Source: Candidatus Shapirobacteria bacterium (GTDB taxonomy: Bacteria; Patescibacteriota; Microgenomatia; UBA12405). From it: DNA of 64,000 nucleotides. The position numbers and the translations under genes are program-made. Positions 21,436-30,991 of this stretch are shown piece by piece (position 1 is the stretch's first letter; the number at the start of each line of letters is the position of its first letter). The stretch covers positions 15,098 to 79,097 of the forward strand of contig JAUYJS010000008.1 in assembly GCA_030698565.1 (NCBI GenBank), given 5' to 3'. The notes beneath the pieces were generated by a model. That model did no database searches. It saw only the letters and a program-made list of their open reading frames with translations, and was not told where the DNA came from.

Positions 21436-24288
21436 TTATTTCCCCAATTCAACCCCCATTTTAATATCCCGATCTAATTTCTGATTAAATAACAATTTTC
21501 CACCTACTAAGCTCGCTGCCGGCTGCACCTGTGTCGGTTGCCATTCTGCCGGATAAGAAATTAAAGTAACCAAACCAGTATCCCCAAAACCAGGCTGCTT
21601 TTGCACATAATTTAGATAAGAAAATTTAGTCTTTTGGCTCAAATCGATTCCACTCGAATATCTAATTTCTATTAATCTTTTTTTATTAGCCGGTACTACC
21701 ACCAAAAAACCCACCTCTTTTTTGTTACCTTCCTGCCTTATTTTTAGTTCATCAGCCCCATAAATTCTTCGACTATCAGGATTATCAACATCAGTTACAC
21801 TCACTTGAGCCAAATTAATATCAATTGGTAAGTAAACCCTTAAATAATTTTTATAATCTCCACCCGGCCAATTAGTATTCTTGGCTGTATTTTCGTAATT
21901 AATCTTTACTATCCTGGCAATTGACCCCGTTGAAATATCGATCTGTTCCTCAATATTTCTATATAAAAAATAGTTTACTTTGTTAACTCCCAAATTAGCC
22001 TCAACTAAATATAAATAATCAGCCAGACAATTTTCCAGCGCACATTTACCCTGATACATCGCCCCATCCCACCCCAAATCGGCCATAATTTTAGCCGATT
22101 CTTTTTGGTTTAAAGCCATTATAATTTCATTTTTTTCCAAAAGATCAATTATGGTTTTACCCAAAAGCATATCTTGATCAGTTTTTAGGTTTTTAATCTC
22201 TTCAAATAACTGCTTCCCTAAACCACCTAAAAACGATGCCTTCTGGTTTGATCCTGGAAAAAAATTCTTTTCCGAATAATATTCGGCCTGTTCGTATAAA
22301 TTATCTTTATTAATTTTTTCTTTGAAATCCGGCACATAAACTTCTCCCACTACCCCCAAAATTGACCTAGCAACGGCAAGGTCTACACCAATTACTCCGT
22401 CTACTTTTCTACCAATTTCTTTGTCCAAAAACCATTGTAAATCAGCCGCCGCCAAAGGAAAACTTGCCTTCCAATTAGCATCTCGCATAAACCACCCCGC
22501 CTCACCCAAAATATTCTTAATTTCTTCAGGCGGTTCCACATGACCATTTATCTGTCCGTCAGCTTCGTAAACATCTTTAACTTCTAAATTTAAAAGATGA
22601 CCATTTTCAAAACTCAAAATTCCAAATGAACCAATAAATCCACCTGTTGGTCTTAACTCCATTTCATTTTGAAACAACACCAAATAATCTCTTTTCTTAC
22701 CATCAGCACCAACTAAATCTGGCAAAACTTTTATTCCTTTTTTTACCAATTCTACTGTATTTTTTATTTCGTTTAACTGTTTTACCCCATTTTGTGGCCA
22801 AGATCTAAAACGAGCTGGCAACCAACTCCAATTACCCCCCAATCTTGCTTGCAATAAACCAAAACCTTGATCTATTTCTGCGAGATTACTATCTATTTTG
22901 GCTAACTCTTTTGGCCAATCAATTGTTTTACCTTGAAAAATTGCTTTATCGATTATTTCGCCACTTTTAGCTAATTGAATCCCGCTTTTTTCCAACAACA
23001 ATACATCCTCAGCCACTTTAATTAAAGATTGATAATTTCTAATTATTCCAATTTTATTTAAACCCCAATCATCAATTTGACTATCAGTGATTTTGTTTTT
23101 ATTCCAGTAATAATCCACCTGTTTTTCTGCTTGGTCATATTTCTTTTCTTTAATTAATTTTTCTACTCCATAAATATTTTTAACCGTCAAATAATTTATC
23201 CTCAGCCAATTTAATGGTAATAGCACCAAAATTAAAGCCAACCCACCAACATACCACCACCACTTACCCAAATTAATATTAAGTTTTAAATTAAAACGTC
23301 TTTTATTTACTGTGTCATTTTTTGACACAACAATTTCTTTAACTGGTTCATCGTCTTCTTCTATTATTTCTTCCTCGTTTTCAATTTTTTTAGTTACCTC
23401 TCTTAATTTCGAATTCTTAATTAAAGGCTTAAAATCATTCCAATCAATTTCTTCTTTTACTACTTCTTCGGCTTCCACCACTACTTCATATTTTTCTTCT
23501 TTTTTAGATCTGCCTTGCAGTTCTTTATTTTTTCTCCGGCTTTCCTCATCTAATCGACACAAAAAATATTGCAATGTCTCTTTAATACTTTCCTTAAGTT
23601 CTTCTCTCGGTTGCCATCTTAGTTTATTTTTGACTATTTTTATTTCCTCTTCACTCCACAAGTCTGTTTGAATATCATTCTGAATCACTTTAAATCTAGT
23701 CATCTTCGCCTCATCAATCAAAATTTTAGCCACCACCTCCGAATCGAATTCATTTCCTACTATCAAAAATTCTTCTCTTTCGGTTCCCGACAAAAAACTG
23801 GCCCTCAAAATCGCTTCAACCAAATCTTTAATTCCCAATAATCTATATTTTAAATTTAAAGAAGGCAAAACTAAATTTTTATTACTTGCCGCCTGTTTTA
23901 ACGCTGTCGTCAAAAACCAATTATCTTCCATCCCTGGTCCGACCACTCCCTGACCATCAACCAGCCTCCAATTTATTTCTAAGTTCTTAGCCTTGTCATT
24001 TAACTCTTTAGCTTTTTCACTATCATTTACACAAACAATAGTTAATTTTCCTGATTTAATTTTATTCCAAAAATCAGTCTCCCCTCTAAAATCAAAAACA
24101 TAACTAAACTCCTCTTTCTCCAATTCCTCCAAATCCATTTTAATTTCCAAATTTGTCCCGCTCAAATCAGCCACATGTTCGCCCACACCAATTACTTTTA
24201 TATCTTTATTCAACAATTCTATAGCCAAATTCTTGGCCACAAAATGATCTATTCCTATTATTAAAGCAGATGGAACCGAATGACTCAT
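21436..24288 (-). CDS. Fusion protein: N-terminal NAD-dependent epimerase/dehydratase-like Rossmann domain + TM + C-terminal DUF4012-like extracytoplasmic domain
   Basis: 950 aa. The N-terminus (ALIIGIDHFVAKNLAIELLNKDIKVIGVG) is Rossmann-like. A central charged linker and TM helix follow. The C-terminal region contains ELRPTGGFIGSFG, which I recall as typical of DUF4012 envelope proteins. Confidence 0.4.
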   Translation of the reverse strand: MSHSVPSALIIGIDHFVAKNLAIELLNKDIKVIGVGEHVADLSGTNLEIKMDLEELEKEEFSYVFDFRGETDFWNKIKSGKLTIVCVNDSEKAKELNDKAKNLEINWRLVDGQGVVGPGMEDNWFLTTALKQAASNKNLVLPSLNLKYRLLGIKDLVEAILRASFLSGTEREEFLIVGNEFDSEVVAKILIDEAKMTRFKVIQNDIQTDLWSEEEIKIVKNKLRWQPREELKESIKETLQYFLCRLDEESRRKNKELQGRSKKEEKYEVVVEAEEVVKEEIDWNDFKPLIKNSKLREVTKKIENEEEIIEEDDEPVKEIVVSKNDTVNKRRFNLKLNINLGKWWWYVGGLALILVLLPLNWLRINYLTVKNIYGVEKLIKEKKYDQAEKQVDYYWNKNKITDSQIDDWGLNKIGIIRNYQSLIKVAEDVLLLEKSGIQLAKSGEIIDKAIFQGKTIDWPKELAKIDSNLAEIDQGFGLLQARLGGNWSWLPARFRSWPQNGVKQLNEIKNTVELVKKGIKVLPDLVGADGKKRDYLVLFQNEMELRPTGGFIGSFGILSFENGHLLNLEVKDVYEADGQINGHVEPPEEIKNILGEAGWFMRDANWKASFPLAAADLQWFLDKEIGRKVDGVIGVDLAVARSILGVVGEVYVPDFKEKINKDNLYEQAEYYSEKNFFPGSNQKASFLGGLGKQLFEEIKNLKTDQDMLLGKTIIDLLEKNEIIMALNQKESAKIMADLGWDGAMYQGKCALENCLADYLYLVEANLGVNKVNYFLYRNIEEQIDISTGSIARIVKINYENTAKNTNWPGGDYKNYLRVYLPIDINLAQVSVTDVDNPDSRRIYGADELKIRQEGNKKEVGFLVVVPANKKRLIEIRYSSGIDLSQKTKFSYLNYVQKQPGFGDTGLVTLISYPAEWQPTQVQPAASLVGGKLLFNQKLDRDIKMGVELGK

Positions 24289-24596
24289 AAAATTATTTTA
24301 AAGCAAAAGACAAGTACAAACTAGGTACGGTAATAATTCGGTTATTATGCGGTTAATTCCCAAGCTAATTTCGTCCCAACCCGGACTAGGTTTAAGTAGC
24401 GACGTGAAAAATGTAATGACATAAGATATCGAAAGGTTATAAAAAACGTACATATAAAATAAATTTCTTGGCTTTAAAATCTATTGTCACAAGGTTAATT
24501 GTGTTTTTAAAAAACGTCATAACTCCCAAATTAAAATATGAAGAATGTTCTGATATTAAACAGGGAACTGGATCAAAAAAACATATAACTCCGTAG

Positions 24597-24616
24597 GGGC
24601 GATTCATGAATCGCCC
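24597..24616. terminator. Intergenic GC palindrome gggcgattcatgaatcgccc (family copy 2)
   Basis: Identical core to copy 1. A second palindrome ggacaggtcgcgacctgtcc at 24652-24671 overlaps the stop of the flippase gene. Confidence 0.5.
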
Positions 24617-24671
24617 TCAACAAATCGAAAATTAAACAGGGGGTTTTGTACGGACAGGTCGCGACCTGTCC

Positions 24672-25919
24672 CTATCTCTTAATTGTTTGCCACAATTTAA
24701 AGCTCATCAAGCTGCAAGCCAGTGCCTCTGTTAACACAGTCACCCACGCCGCTCCATAAATTCCAAATCTAGGTATCGCCCACAGGTTTCCTCCTAAATT
24801 AAAAACCAAAGCAATTAAACCAAACCACAAAATTTCTTTTTGTCCACCTCGGGAAATCAAAGTAAATCCAATTAAATGTTCGATATAAGAAAAGAACAGG
24901 GCAATTAAAAGAATTCTCAAAACACCAGCCGAAGCGGCGTATTGGTTTCCAGCTAAAACTTGGATAATCCAAGGAGCCATAAAATATATAACTGGTATTA
25001 CCAAAAAAACACTACCTACCAAAAGCAAAGCCGAAGTTTTAAATAATCTTTTTTTCCATTCAAGACCAAATTCTTTTTCCGATTCTTGGTGATCAGCAGA
25101 AAGTAGGGGAAAGATACTATTTACAAAAAAATAAGCTGGTTGAACCAAACTAGAGTAGATTTTGTACGCCAATCCATACCAAGCTACAGCCGCAATTCCA
25201 ACATATCTTTGTATCAACATCGAGTCGACTGCCCGATCATAACCCGCAAAAACAATCAAATAAACTCCCATCGGCCACGTCTCTTTTAATAATCTCTTAA
25301 TTATAATCCAGTTAATTTTTTTAATTTTTAAGTTAAATCCAATATTACCCAAGAATTTAGATCCAATCATTAAGCTTAAAACTCGTGCAAAAAGATAAGT
25401 CGAAAACACCCAAAGCAAGTTGATTAATCCCGGCCAAAACCATAAAACAATTAAAAAAAACAAAGGAAAAGCCACATCCATAAATACTTTAAGTTCCATT
25501 TTCAATTTACTTTGGAAAATTATTTCCATGCTTCCCGCCAAAGAAGTAAACCAAATCATACTCAAAGCCACTAAAGCTTCGCCTCGGATTGGTGCAAATC
25601 CCGACCACAAAAAGATTAGTGTTATACCCAAAACAAAAGCCACCCCCGTGATCATCAATCTCAACCAAATCAACTGCTCAAAAAGTTCCTTTTTGTTTTC
25701 ACTTTTTTCCGTTGAAGTTTCTCTTACCCCAATAATTTTTATACCAAAGTCAGCTAATGAATCTAATAATAAAAATACAGACGTCACCAAAGTAAAACTA
25801 CCGTAAACTTCCACCCCTAATTTCCGTGTCAAAATACCAGTCGTTACCAGGCTAATTAAAACTGTAATGGTTTTACCGGCCACCTGAGCCATAGTATTTA
25901 TAATTGGCCGCTTAAACAT
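24672..25919 (-). CDS. Polysaccharide/oligosaccharide flippase (Wzx / MOP-superfamily PST-type)
   Basis: 415 aa, about 12 TM. The N-terminus (AQVAGKTITVLISLVTTGILTRKLGVEVYGSF) is typical of the Wzx/PST family. Confidence 0.6.
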   Translation of the reverse strand: MFKRPIINTMAQVAGKTITVLISLVTTGILTRKLGVEVYGSFTLVTSVFLLLDSLADFGIKIIGVRETSTEKSENKKELFEQLIWLRLMITGVAFVLGITLIFLWSGFAPIRGEALVALSMIWFTSLAGSMEIIFQSKLKMELKVFMDVAFPLFFLIVLWFWPGLINLLWVFSTYLFARVLSLMIGSKFLGNIGFNLKIKKINWIIIKRLLKETWPMGVYLIVFAGYDRAVDSMLIQRYVGIAAVAWYGLAYKIYSSLVQPAYFFVNSIFPLLSADHQESEKEFGLEWKKRLFKTSALLLVGSVFLVIPVIYFMAPWIIQVLAGNQYAASAGVLRILLIALFFSYIEHLIGFTLISRGGQKEILWFGLIALVFNLGGNLWAIPRFGIYGAAWVTVLTEALACSLMSFKLWQTIKR

Positions 25920-25932
25920 AATATAGATGTTA

Positions 25933-27162
25933 TCAGATAAAACCCAAAACCACAGCCAAAAGCCAAAAATTTTGTGGTAGGGTAATCCAGTAGTGATCCC
26001 ACATAGCCGTCGCCAAAATTACCAATAAAAGAACTATCTTTTTTATGTTTAATTTTGGTTTAATTGTTTGTTTTATCAACCAAACTAAAACAATTATTCC
26101 TATTAGTCCCAATTCTGTCCAAAGCAAAAAGAAAACATTATGAACTGGTTGCAACCAAAAATAAAAATTATGTTTCTCGAATTCTGGTAACTTGACCAAA
26201 AAATTTCCCAAACCTATTCCCAAAAAAGGTTTTTCTTTAATCATATTAAAAGCCGCCCCAGTTAAATTTATTCTTTTTTCTATATCCACAGGATCAAAAC
26301 CACCAATAAATCTATTAATCGGATAATTAATATTAATAAAAGCCAACACCCCCAAAAATAATCCACCTAAAATTAAAATTATTCCTAATATATATTTTTT
26401 ACTTTTATTCCCCAAATAAACCAAAGACATCCAAACCAACAAGGTTAGTAACCAAACCAACCGACTGCCTGTAATTATAATTCCAAAATTTAAAAGCCAA
26501 GTAATTGCCCACCACCAAATCTTTGACCAACTGTCTACTTTTCCTTTTAAAATAAACCAAAGTATTAAACTGGTTAATAAAAATCCAGCCAAGCTATTTG
26601 GATGAGAGAAAGTTCCATAAGCTCTCAATAATCCTTGTCCCATCACCGATATTTGGGCAATCCCAATCGTATTAAAATTAAAACTTCTTTCTCCCAGCCA
26701 ATAAAAAATTCCGCCAACACTTCTACCCAAAAAAATTTGGCTCAAAGCCAAAAATACTTCGATGACTGTCCAAACACTAATCGCCACCACTAAATTACTT
26801 TTTAATTCAATCTTTTTTCTCAGAAAATAAACTAATGTCAAAATCCACTGTCCAATTCTCAACCATCGGTACATTGCCACCCACTTATTTTGAGCCAATA
26901 CCACATTTACCGCCATTAATATCAAAAAAATAATTGTTTTTTCCCAAGCCACCTTGTTTAACCTTATTTCTTTTATGCCAACCAAGATAAATCCCAGAAA
27001 CCAAATAGCATCCAAAAAATAAAAAGTAGGGGACAGATAATCAACTCTCAAACCTTGTACAAAACTCCAATCCGGCCAGAAATGCTTACCCAGCTGGGTC
27101 GGAATCAACAATAAAAATACCAAAAAAACTACTTTTTCGAATCTAGCCAGCACATTCTTCAC
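25933..27162 (-). CDS. O-antigen ligase/polymerase-like (Wzy_C) membrane protein
   Basis: 409 aa, polytopic. Central IIITGSRLVWLLTL motif followed by a periplasmic loop. Confidence 0.5.
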   Translation of the reverse strand: MKNVLARFEKVVFLVFLLLIPTQLGKHFWPDWSFVQGLRVDYLSPTFYFLDAIWFLGFILVGIKEIRLNKVAWEKTIIFLILMAVNVVLAQNKWVAMYRWLRIGQWILTLVYFLRKKIELKSNLVVAISVWTVIEVFLALSQIFLGRSVGGIFYWLGERSFNFNTIGIAQISVMGQGLLRAYGTFSHPNSLAGFLLTSLILWFILKGKVDSWSKIWWWAITWLLNFGIIITGSRLVWLLTLLVWMSLVYLGNKSKKYILGIILILGGLFLGVLAFININYPINRFIGGFDPVDIEKRINLTGAAFNMIKEKPFLGIGLGNFLVKLPEFEKHNFYFWLQPVHNVFFLLWTELGLIGIIVLVWLIKQTIKPKLNIKKIVLLLVILATAMWDHYWITLPQNFWLLAVVLGFI

Positions 27163-27178
27163 GTCCTATCTTAGCACA

Positions 27179-27649
27179 TTAGGCCTTTGGCTTAATCACA
27201 ATATGCCTATCTTCACCCTCACCCTCAGATTCCGACACTATTCCCTCCGTTTCCGCAATCGCCATATGGCAAATTCTTCGTTCATAAGAACTCATGTGAG
27301 CCAAAACTACCGGAGTACCAGTTGATTGAACTTTCTTAACCAAATTTTCTACCATACCAACCAATCTCTCTTTTTGTTCAGCCCTGTAATTATTTATATC
27401 CAAAAGGACTCTAATCCATTCATTATTTTTATTTTTAATCATCAATGACAACACTGTTTGAATTGCCGATAAATTTCTACCTCTAAATCCAATCAAGTTA
27501 GCAGGGTTAGCTACAGTAATTCCTACCAGTACCTGACTTTCTTCACCTTCCATATCTTCTACAAAAGCATTTTCCACTTCAAAATTCATCTTTTCCAAAA
27601 GGTCGCAAGTTAATTTCAAGATGACTTCATTTCTTTCTTTATTATCCAT
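27179..27649 (-). CDS. jag: Jag/KhpB RNA-binding protein (KH + R3H domains)
   Basis: 156 aa with R3H motif SYERRICHMAI. Canonical position downstream of yidC. Confidence 0.8.
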   Translation of the reverse strand: MDNKERNEVILKLTCDLLEKMNFEVENAFVEDMEGEESQVLVGITVANPANLIGFRGRNLSAIQTVLSLMIKNKNNEWIRVLLDINNYRAEQKERLVGMVENLVKKVQSTGTPVVLAHMSSYERRICHMAIAETEGIVSESEGEGEDRHIVIKPKA

Positions 27650-27680
27650 AACGCCTATTTTAACATGCTTAAAAAAGTTT

Positions 27681-28463
27681 TCACTTGCTATTTACCGTCA
27701 ACTTATTAGTAATTAATTGTTGCCCAATCATTACTAAAGAATTCACAAACCAATAAAGAAGCATACCTAAATTAAAACTCCATCCCAAAAAGATTGTCAT
27801 TAACGGCATCAAATATGTTGATTGGGTTCGCATCATCGACATCATGTCATCTTCCTTATTTTTAGTTACCTTAACCACATTTTTATCAACCGCTGGTGCT
27901 GGCATCATTAATTTAGCGCTCCAATACTGAAGTAAACCCGAACCTACCAATAAAATAAAAGGTAAAATCATTTGAGCTACAACTCCTCCATCAAATAATT
28001 TAGCTGGAGTTTGAGTCAGATTTGATCCAAAAAACATTAAATCAAATTTAAAATCCTGACTTATTTGATAAGGTGCTACTAATAATTTATTGATATCTTC
28101 AAAACTACCCTTACCCTCCGAAAACTGCGACACCACGTTAAAGGCTTGAAAAAATATTATTAAAACAGCAATTTGCAAAATATTAGGCAAACAACCAGCC
28201 ACTGGATTTATTCCTTCTTGCTTATAAAGTTCCATTTGAGCCTTTGCCAAAGCCTCTTTTTGATTTCCATATTTTTCCTTTAATTTATTTATCTTTGGCT
28301 GCAAGTCCCTCATTCTATTTGCCGACTTTAAGCTAGGAAAAACTAAAGGTAGTAACAAAAGTCTAATTAAAATTGTTATCAAAATGATTGCCCAACCCAA
28401 ATTACCAACCATATAATAAAGACCAAACAAGGCGTTAACAAAAGGAGCTATAAATAAATTCAT
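27681..28463 (-). CDS. yidC: Membrane protein insertase YidC (short form)
   Basis: 260 aa, Oxa1/YidC 5-TM core (INPVAGCLPNILQIAVLIIFFQAF). Confidence 0.9.
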   Translation of the reverse strand: MNLFIAPFVNALFGLYYMVGNLGWAIILITILIRLLLLPLVFPSLKSANRMRDLQPKINKLKEKYGNQKEALAKAQMELYKQEGINPVAGCLPNILQIAVLIIFFQAFNVVSQFSEGKGSFEDINKLLVAPYQISQDFKFDLMFFGSNLTQTPAKLFDGGVVAQMILPFILLVGSGLLQYWSAKLMMPAPAVDKNVVKVTKNKEDDMMSMMRTQSTYLMPLMTIFLGWSFNLGMLLYWFVNSLVMIGQQLITNKLTVNSK

Positions 28464-28466
28464 GGA

Positions 28467-28673
28467 CTATTTTAACAGATCAACTCCACTCCCGCCTCCA
28501 GGACGGCAGCGTAAAATTCTTTTAAATCCCAAAAACAAACCCTTTATCACACCATATTTATCTACCGCCTCATAAGTATATTCAGAACAGCTAGGAATAA
28601 AGCGGCAATTATATCCCGAGGATAAATATTTTTTATACCAAATCAATATTTTTAATACTATTTTTTTAATCAT
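28467..28673 (-). CDS. yidD: Membrane protein insertion efficiency factor YidD
   Basis: 68 aa with the CRFIPSCSEY motif. Confidence 0.85.
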   Translation of the reverse strand: MIKKIVLKILIWYKKYLSSGYNCRFIPSCSEYTYEAVDKYGVIKGLFLGFKRILRCRPGGGSGVDLLK

Positions 28674-29007
28674 TCAATTTAAGTTGGCTAAAAACCCTAA
28701 TTACTTCATTGTCGACTTCCATAAAACTTTTCAAAAGAATTTCCCTTTTAGTCAAAAAAACCATTTTCCAGCCCATGCCATTTTCCAGCCCATGCCTTTT
28801 AACGCTTTCCGATAAATATCTTTTAATTCGATTTCTATCAACTGCTCTTTTAGAAATTCTTTTGGAAATAATAAATCCAAATTGATTCTTATCAATATCA
28901 TTCTTTAGATAAATTAAACCAAAAAAAGGGGATTGATAAATCCGCCCTTTTTCTTTTACATTTAAAAAGTCAGTTCTTTTACAGATTCTATTTTCTTTTT
29001 TCAACAC
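28666..29007 (-). CDS. rnpA: RNase P protein component
   Basis: 113 aa with IISKRISKRAVDRNRIKR RNR-type motif. Contains a 17-nt tandem DNA duplication at 28767-28800. Confidence 0.85.
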   Translation of the reverse strand: MLKKENRICKRTDFLNVKEKGRIYQSPFFGLIYLKNDIDKNQFGFIISKRISKRAVDRNRIKRYLSESVKRHGLENGMGWKMVFLTKREILLKSFMEVDNEVIRVFSQLKLND

Positions 29008-29015
29008 AACTTATT

Positions 29016-29160
29016 TTACATCAGACACGGTCAGTTTAGTTCTACCCTTAGCTCTTCTTCTTTTTATAACATTTCTACCGTCGTGATCAAACATCCGCTT
29101 TAAAAATCCGTGAACACGAGAGCGTTTTTTACTTTTAGGTTGAAAAGTTCTTTTTGGCAT
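29016..29160 (-). CDS. rpmH: 50S ribosomal protein L34
   Basis: Reverse strand translates to [48 protein letters not shown]. Too short for the ORF track. Sits in the canonical rpmH-rnpA-yidD-yidC-jag order. Confidence 0.85.
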
Positions 29161-29231
29161 AATGGCTATTTTAGCATAAACACCACTTTTAAATTTGATA
29201 TCTTTTAATTTGTGGAAAACTCCTCTATGAT

Positions 29232-29240
29232 TAATGTGGA
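29232..29240. promoter_or_regulatory. DnaA box (tgtggataa = TTATCCACA) in the rpmH-dnaA intergenic region
   Basis: Perfect 9-mer consensus, 95 nt upstream of dnaA. Confidence 0.5.
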
Positions 29241-29333
29241 TAACCTAAAACCTCCCCGTTTTTATTCTCCTGCTTTACTGCCAATTTTATAGTATTTTTT
29301 CTAAATACTACATAAAAATAATAAATAATAAAA

Positions 29334-30680
29334 ATGGATATAGATCGGATTTGGAAAAACACTCAAGAAGAACTCAAGGTTGTTCTGGCTCCAGCCGTTT
29401 TTCAAACTTTTGTCGCCAAAACTCAGCTAATTAGCCTCCAAAATAATATTGCCACTATTGCTTGCCCCAATTCTTATTTAGTCGATATTAATCACAAACG
29501 CTACTATCAATTATTTAAGGGCGCTTTGGATAATCAAACCAAAAGTGATAATCAACTAAATTTTATTATTCAGGAAATTCCTAAAATCGATTTAGAAAAT
29601 TCTAATTCAGCCCCGCTTTTTACTTATGCTTCTCCCAAAAAAACTTTTTCCGATTCCAATTTACATCCCAAATATACCTTTGAAAATTTAATTGTGGGCA
29701 ATAGTAACAATTTTGCTTATGCTGCCGCCCAGGGTATTGTCAAAAACCCTGGTCTAACTTACAACCCATTTTTCATTTGGGGTGGAGTAGGTGTGGGTAA
29801 AACCCATTTAATGCAGGCTGTTGGCCATGAACTTCTCAAGAGCAACCCTGATTTCAAAGTCAAATATTTTCCCGCCGAAACCTTTGCCAATGAATTAATC
29901 GGTGCTTTAAAATCCAAAAACATGAACCAATTTAAAAATAAGTACCGCAGTTTAGACTGTATTTTAGTTGATGATATTCAATTTATTGCCGGCAAAGAGT
30001 ATATCCAAGAGGAATTTTTTCACACTTTCAACGCCCTTCATATGGCTGGTAAACAAGTTATTTTAACCTCCGATCGCAAACCTAGTGAGATCAAAGATTT
30101 AAAAGACCGCTTGGTTTCTCGTTTTATGGGTGGTTTAACTGTTGATATTCAAATGCCAGATTATGAAATGCGAGTCGCTATTATTAAGCAAAAAATGGAA
30201 GAACGGGGGAGTAGAATCACCAATGAAGCCATAAGTTATTTAGCTGAAAATGTGGTTTCCAATATTCGCGACATCGAAGGTCGGCTTCAAGAATTGACTA
30301 TCCAAGCTATGGCCAAAAATATTCCTGAAATAAATTTAGAATTCATTCAGTTTATTATCAATCCTAACTCCAATACTTTTTTTGAATCTGCCTCTGCAAA
30401 AGTTACTCCTCGTCACTTAATTTCCGTTTGCGCCAAATATTTTAATATTAAAACAGGGGATTTGTGTGGCAAAAGTCGAAAAAAAGAATTGGTTTCCGCC
30501 CGTCATATCACAGCCTACTTACTTTTAACCGAAATTGAGTTACCCCTAGAAGAAGTCGGTCATCTTTTGGGTGGCCGCGATCATACCAGTATTATGCACG
30601 CTCGTGACAAAGTTCAAACAGAGTTCTCCACTAATCCACAAATTCGACAACTTATCAACCAAATTAAAGGCACCTTCTAA
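29334..30680 (+). CDS. dnaA: Chromosomal replication initiator protein DnaA
   Basis: 448 aa with AAA+ Walker A (GGVGVGKTHLMQAVG), sensor motifs, and a C-terminal DNA-binding domain. Confidence 0.95.
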   Translation: MDIDRIWKNTQEELKVVLAPAVFQTFVAKTQLISLQNNIATIACPNSYLVDINHKRYYQLFKGALDNQTKSDNQLNFIIQEIPKIDLENSNSAPLFTYASPKKTFSDSNLHPKYTFENLIVGNSNNFAYAAAQGIVKNPGLTYNPFFIWGGVGVGKTHLMQAVGHELLKSNPDFKVKYFPAETFANELIGALKSKNMNQFKNKYRSLDCILVDDIQFIAGKEYIQEEFFHTFNALHMAGKQVILTSDRKPSEIKDLKDRLVSRFMGGLTVDIQMPDYEMRVAIIKQKMEERGSRITNEAISYLAENVVSNIRDIEGRLQELTIQAMAKNIPEINLEFIQFIINPNSNTFFESASAKVTPRHLISVCAKYFNIKTGDLCGKSRKKELVSARHITAYLLLTEIELPLEEVGHLLGGRDHTSIMHARDKVQTEFSTNPQIRQLINQIKGTF

Positions 30681-30689
30681 TTTAACTTT

Positions 30690-30990
30690 TGACTTATCCA
30701 CTTTTTTTTAAAGTTATCCACCAACTTATCCACTTTTTTATTTTTGTTTTTCCCCCGAAAGAAACCCAAACTTCAAGTCAAATTATAAGCTAATTTATCT
30801 AATTTTTCCCTAATTTTAGACAAACAATCAATTTTACACCCCTCTAAAATAACACTTTATCCACAAAAATCCATCAATAAAAATAATCTTCCACTAATCC
30901 ACCACCTCTAATAACAACACTACTATTCTTTTTATTAAAAAATCTTTATTAACAACTTTAACTTTTAAACATAAATTGATAATATAAGTC
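30690..30990. promoter_or_regulatory. oriC candidate: DnaA-box cluster plus AT-rich unwinding region between dnaA and dnaN
   Basis: ttatccac at 30695-30702, 30714-30722 and 30726-30733. A perfect ttatccaca at 30857-30865 and taatccacc at 30895-30903. Then about 80 nt of more than 80% AT (30905-30990). Confidence 0.7.
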
Positions 30991-30991
30991 A

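Noticed and set aside
20858-25806. Antisense ORFs 20858-21145, 23312-23671, 25420-25806 (and similar ORFs at 34183-35580, 36302-37372, 42308-42833, 49256-55417, 60528-60876)
   Set aside because: Each overlaps a strongly supported gene on the opposite strand (ftsH, the DUF4012 fusion, flippase, M23 hydrolase, VirB4, trxB, copA/copB, histidine kinase). Their low-complexity translations are typical of AT-rich antisense frames.
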